A DNA stretch of 63,368 nt, filler included, from Octopus bimaculoides (Eukaryota), in assembly GCF_001194135.2 (NCBI RefSeq). It is 6 parts of 6 records of this genome, joined end to end, with 100 filler letters (N's around TTAATTAATTAA, not from the genome) between each part and the next. Parts side by side here need not be neighbours in the genome. Positions count along the whole stretch, not along the records: positions 55,805 to 62,044 come from NC_068984.1; positions 62,145 to 63,368 come from NW_026380433.1; 4 more parts are not named here. One strand, given 5' to 3'. Under the pieces are notes generated by a model that was not told the origin of the DNA, searched no databases, and worked only from the letters and a program-made list of their open reading frames with translations. Below, in pieces: positions 61,033 to 63,368 of the stretch (the stretch's first letter is position 1; every line of letters starts with the position of its first letter). The position numbers and the translations under genes are program-made.

Positions 61033-61738
61033 TGATGTAGACCAAGCAACAACCCATCAGCGGCTGAGAAGTTCAGGACTGAAAGTAGGACGATAGGGTA
61101 GGACAGTATTTACATTGGAAAACGTAACCACTACAAAATCGGCGCTCCTGCTTACTGGTATGAACATCATCCTGAGCCAGCCATAGAATGTAAAAATGTC
61201 ACTATCCTCTAGGATTTTTTCAGTCAACACCGACAGAACGATCCAAGCTAATCGACTAGACACAATTATCAAAGACAGGGGGAAAATACTTGTTGACTAA
61301 TAAATGTAAGTGTTCCCACTGATAAAAATATATCCGTAAAAGAATTTGACAAATTCAGTAAATATAAGGACCTGTAAATTGAAATACAAAAGATGTGGCA
61401 TCTTAAAACGGGAACTGTTCCTGTTATTGTATGTGCCCTAGGTATGATAAAAAACAAAAGGATGTTAGAAACATTTATACAACATCCCAGGAGAACCATG
61501 TCTGAGAGAAATTCGAAAGATTGTGCTGACAAGTACTGCCCACATCCTTGGAAAAACCCTGTCAATTTAAATGTATGTGTTGTATTACATGAAAATATTT
61601 CGTGACTGCCCCTACCACATCCCCTCCCCAAGCTTTCAGTCATTCTGTAACATCTCTTATCCTTCATTCACCTTGCGATGCTTCATTCACCCTAGTATCT
61701 TGGCAAGTGATTGTAACAAACATGCAGATTACAAGTAA
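61033..61738 (+). mobile_element. R4/Dong 3' fragment with internal deletion (family of 13925-14790)
   Basis: atgctgatgtagaccaagc start, KYKDL*IEIQKMWHLKTGTVPVIVCALG, same 3'UTR, (AAT)n tail. Confidence 0.85.
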
Positions 61739-61774
61739 ATAATAATAATAATAATAATAATGATAATAATAATG

Positions 61775-61821
<47 letters not shown>

Positions 61822-61827
<6 letters not shown>

Positions 61828-62044
61828 AAACGAACTATGTAAAATAGACAGGAAAACAAGAAAAATAATGACAGGATATAGGATGCACCACCCAAAATCT
61901 GACATAGAAAGGCTATATATACAACGCACAGAAGGTGGCAGGGGTCTTATACAGCTAGAAAACTATTATAAAATAACCACCATAGGACTGCAAAAATACC
62001 TACTCCAGAAGCAAGGGAAACTAATACAAATAGCCACAAAACAC
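61822..62044 (+). mobile_element. R4/Dong fragment nearly identical to the young copy at ~21530-21755
   Basis: NELCKIDRKTRKIMTGYRMHHPKSDIERLYIQRTEGGRGLIQLENYYKITTIGLQKYLLQKQGKLIQIATKH differs by 3 aa from the 21494-22057 ORF. Confidence 0.93.
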
Positions 62045-62144
62045 NNNNNNNNNNNNNNNNNNNNNNNNNNNNNNNNNNNNNNNNNNNNTTAATTAATTAA
62101 NNNNNNNNNNNNNNNNNNNNNNNNNNNNNNNNNNNNNNNNNNNN

Positions 62145-62184
<40 letters not shown>

Positions 62185-62474
62185 CTTATGGTTAATAAGA
62201 AATAGTTCTGTCATCATCACAATATTATTAGTTACAGCGAATCTAGAGAATGTTTAAAAGATAAAATGCATTTCGATCCCTTTAATTTTGGGAAGCAGAT
62301 CTAACTGATCATGAAATTGTGTGTTATCCGCCCAGGGCTGATAAAATAAACTTTTAACAAATCAAAGTAGTGCGATAAATATAATTAACAGCTTCCTGCT
62401 AATATGCGACGTTACGCGTACTTCGAAAATTATTATCATGAAATTAATATAATTTTCATTCTTGTGTCTATTAT

Positions 62475-62680
62475 GAAGGAGGCGAAGTGGCTGTGTCGTT
62501 AGGGTGTTGATGAAAAATATTGAGCATTTATTCTCCCAAACCCATTGCATTCAGGGTTCAAAATGCGAGGGGTCAGCAAAGCCTTTCATCCTTTCGGTGT
62601 CGATGAGGAAATATATCAGTCAAGTAATGGCATCGATGTAATATACTAGACCCTTCTAATAAAATTAGAAGTTCCTATCG
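62475..62680 (+). mobile_element. Old degenerate CORE-like SINE
   Basis: gaaggaggcgaagtggctgtgtcgttag head and gcctttcatcctttcggtgtcgat body. Confidence 0.65.
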
Positions 62681-62907
62681 CAGGATTATTATTACAATTA
62701 ATATCAGCAACAGTAACATCATAGTCAACATGAATGCCATCTTCATCTTAATAAATGTTTAGCGGTAAATTTATATATGAACTTGTAGTCGTCGTTGTGG
62801 TTTAACAAAAGATCTGTGATCCTCAACCCGGGGTCCATGTGGCCCATGGGGAACCAAATACAATTTTGTTATTATAATTTATGTGCATGAAACTGGTTAT
62901 ATTTCTG

Positions 62908-62985
<78 letters not shown>

Positions 62986-63368
62986 ATAGATAGATAGAAA
63001 GATTGATTGATTGATTTGATTGATAGATAGGTACACATATTTACGCACACAGATACATTCATATGGTATAATTTATATACGCGTGTGTATACATAAACAT
63101 ATGCATATAATATATATATATATATATATGTATACATCTGTATGTATATGTATGTATGCTTATGCTTATGCATACATATACTCAGGTTACATATGCATAC
63201 GTGCCTGGGAGTGTATACATTTGTGTATGCGTGTGTGCGAACTCGCGCATGGTTGTACATGTTTATGTATGTGGCTATGTCAATATGAAACTATGATAAA
63301 CATTTTATGAGAAAACGCAAGCATATTTCTTCATGTGAATATAAGAATGACAGGCACACACACACACA

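Overview
Eukaryotic (metazoan) draft-assembly DNA, very AT- and microsatellite-rich. The repeat mix suggests an octopod cephalopod; this is an inference, not a database result. No complete host gene is recognisable. (1) 1-4 kb holds fragments of RTE, Penelope-like RT, mariner and SINE elements. (2) About 4.06-22.84 kb is a head-to-tail stack of a dozen or more R4/Dong-clade non-LTR retrotransposon pieces, all on the minus strand and mostly separated by (ATT)n. It includes one degenerate near-full-length copy and one young copy. (3) 23-39 kb holds microsatellites, gaps, SINEs, RTE, two Penelope GIY-YIG fragments, a degenerate hammerhead ribozyme, a mariner and a MITE. (4) About 39-54 kb is a TE-poor, strand-asymmetric island with minus-strand splice signals and candidate small or micro-exons of an unidentified gene. 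(5) 54-63 kb holds a DD37D-type transposon and a second Dong/SINE cluster in which element orientation flips with microsatellite polarity. The most interesting signals are the TAA-microsatellite retroelement 'trap', a ~540-bp non-coding TAA-embedded passenger element, the hammerhead remnant and the microexon/recursive-splice-like signals. The TTAATTAATTAA-in-N spacers and a 656-bp duplication are assembly artefacts. Repeat boundaries are approximate (tens of bp).
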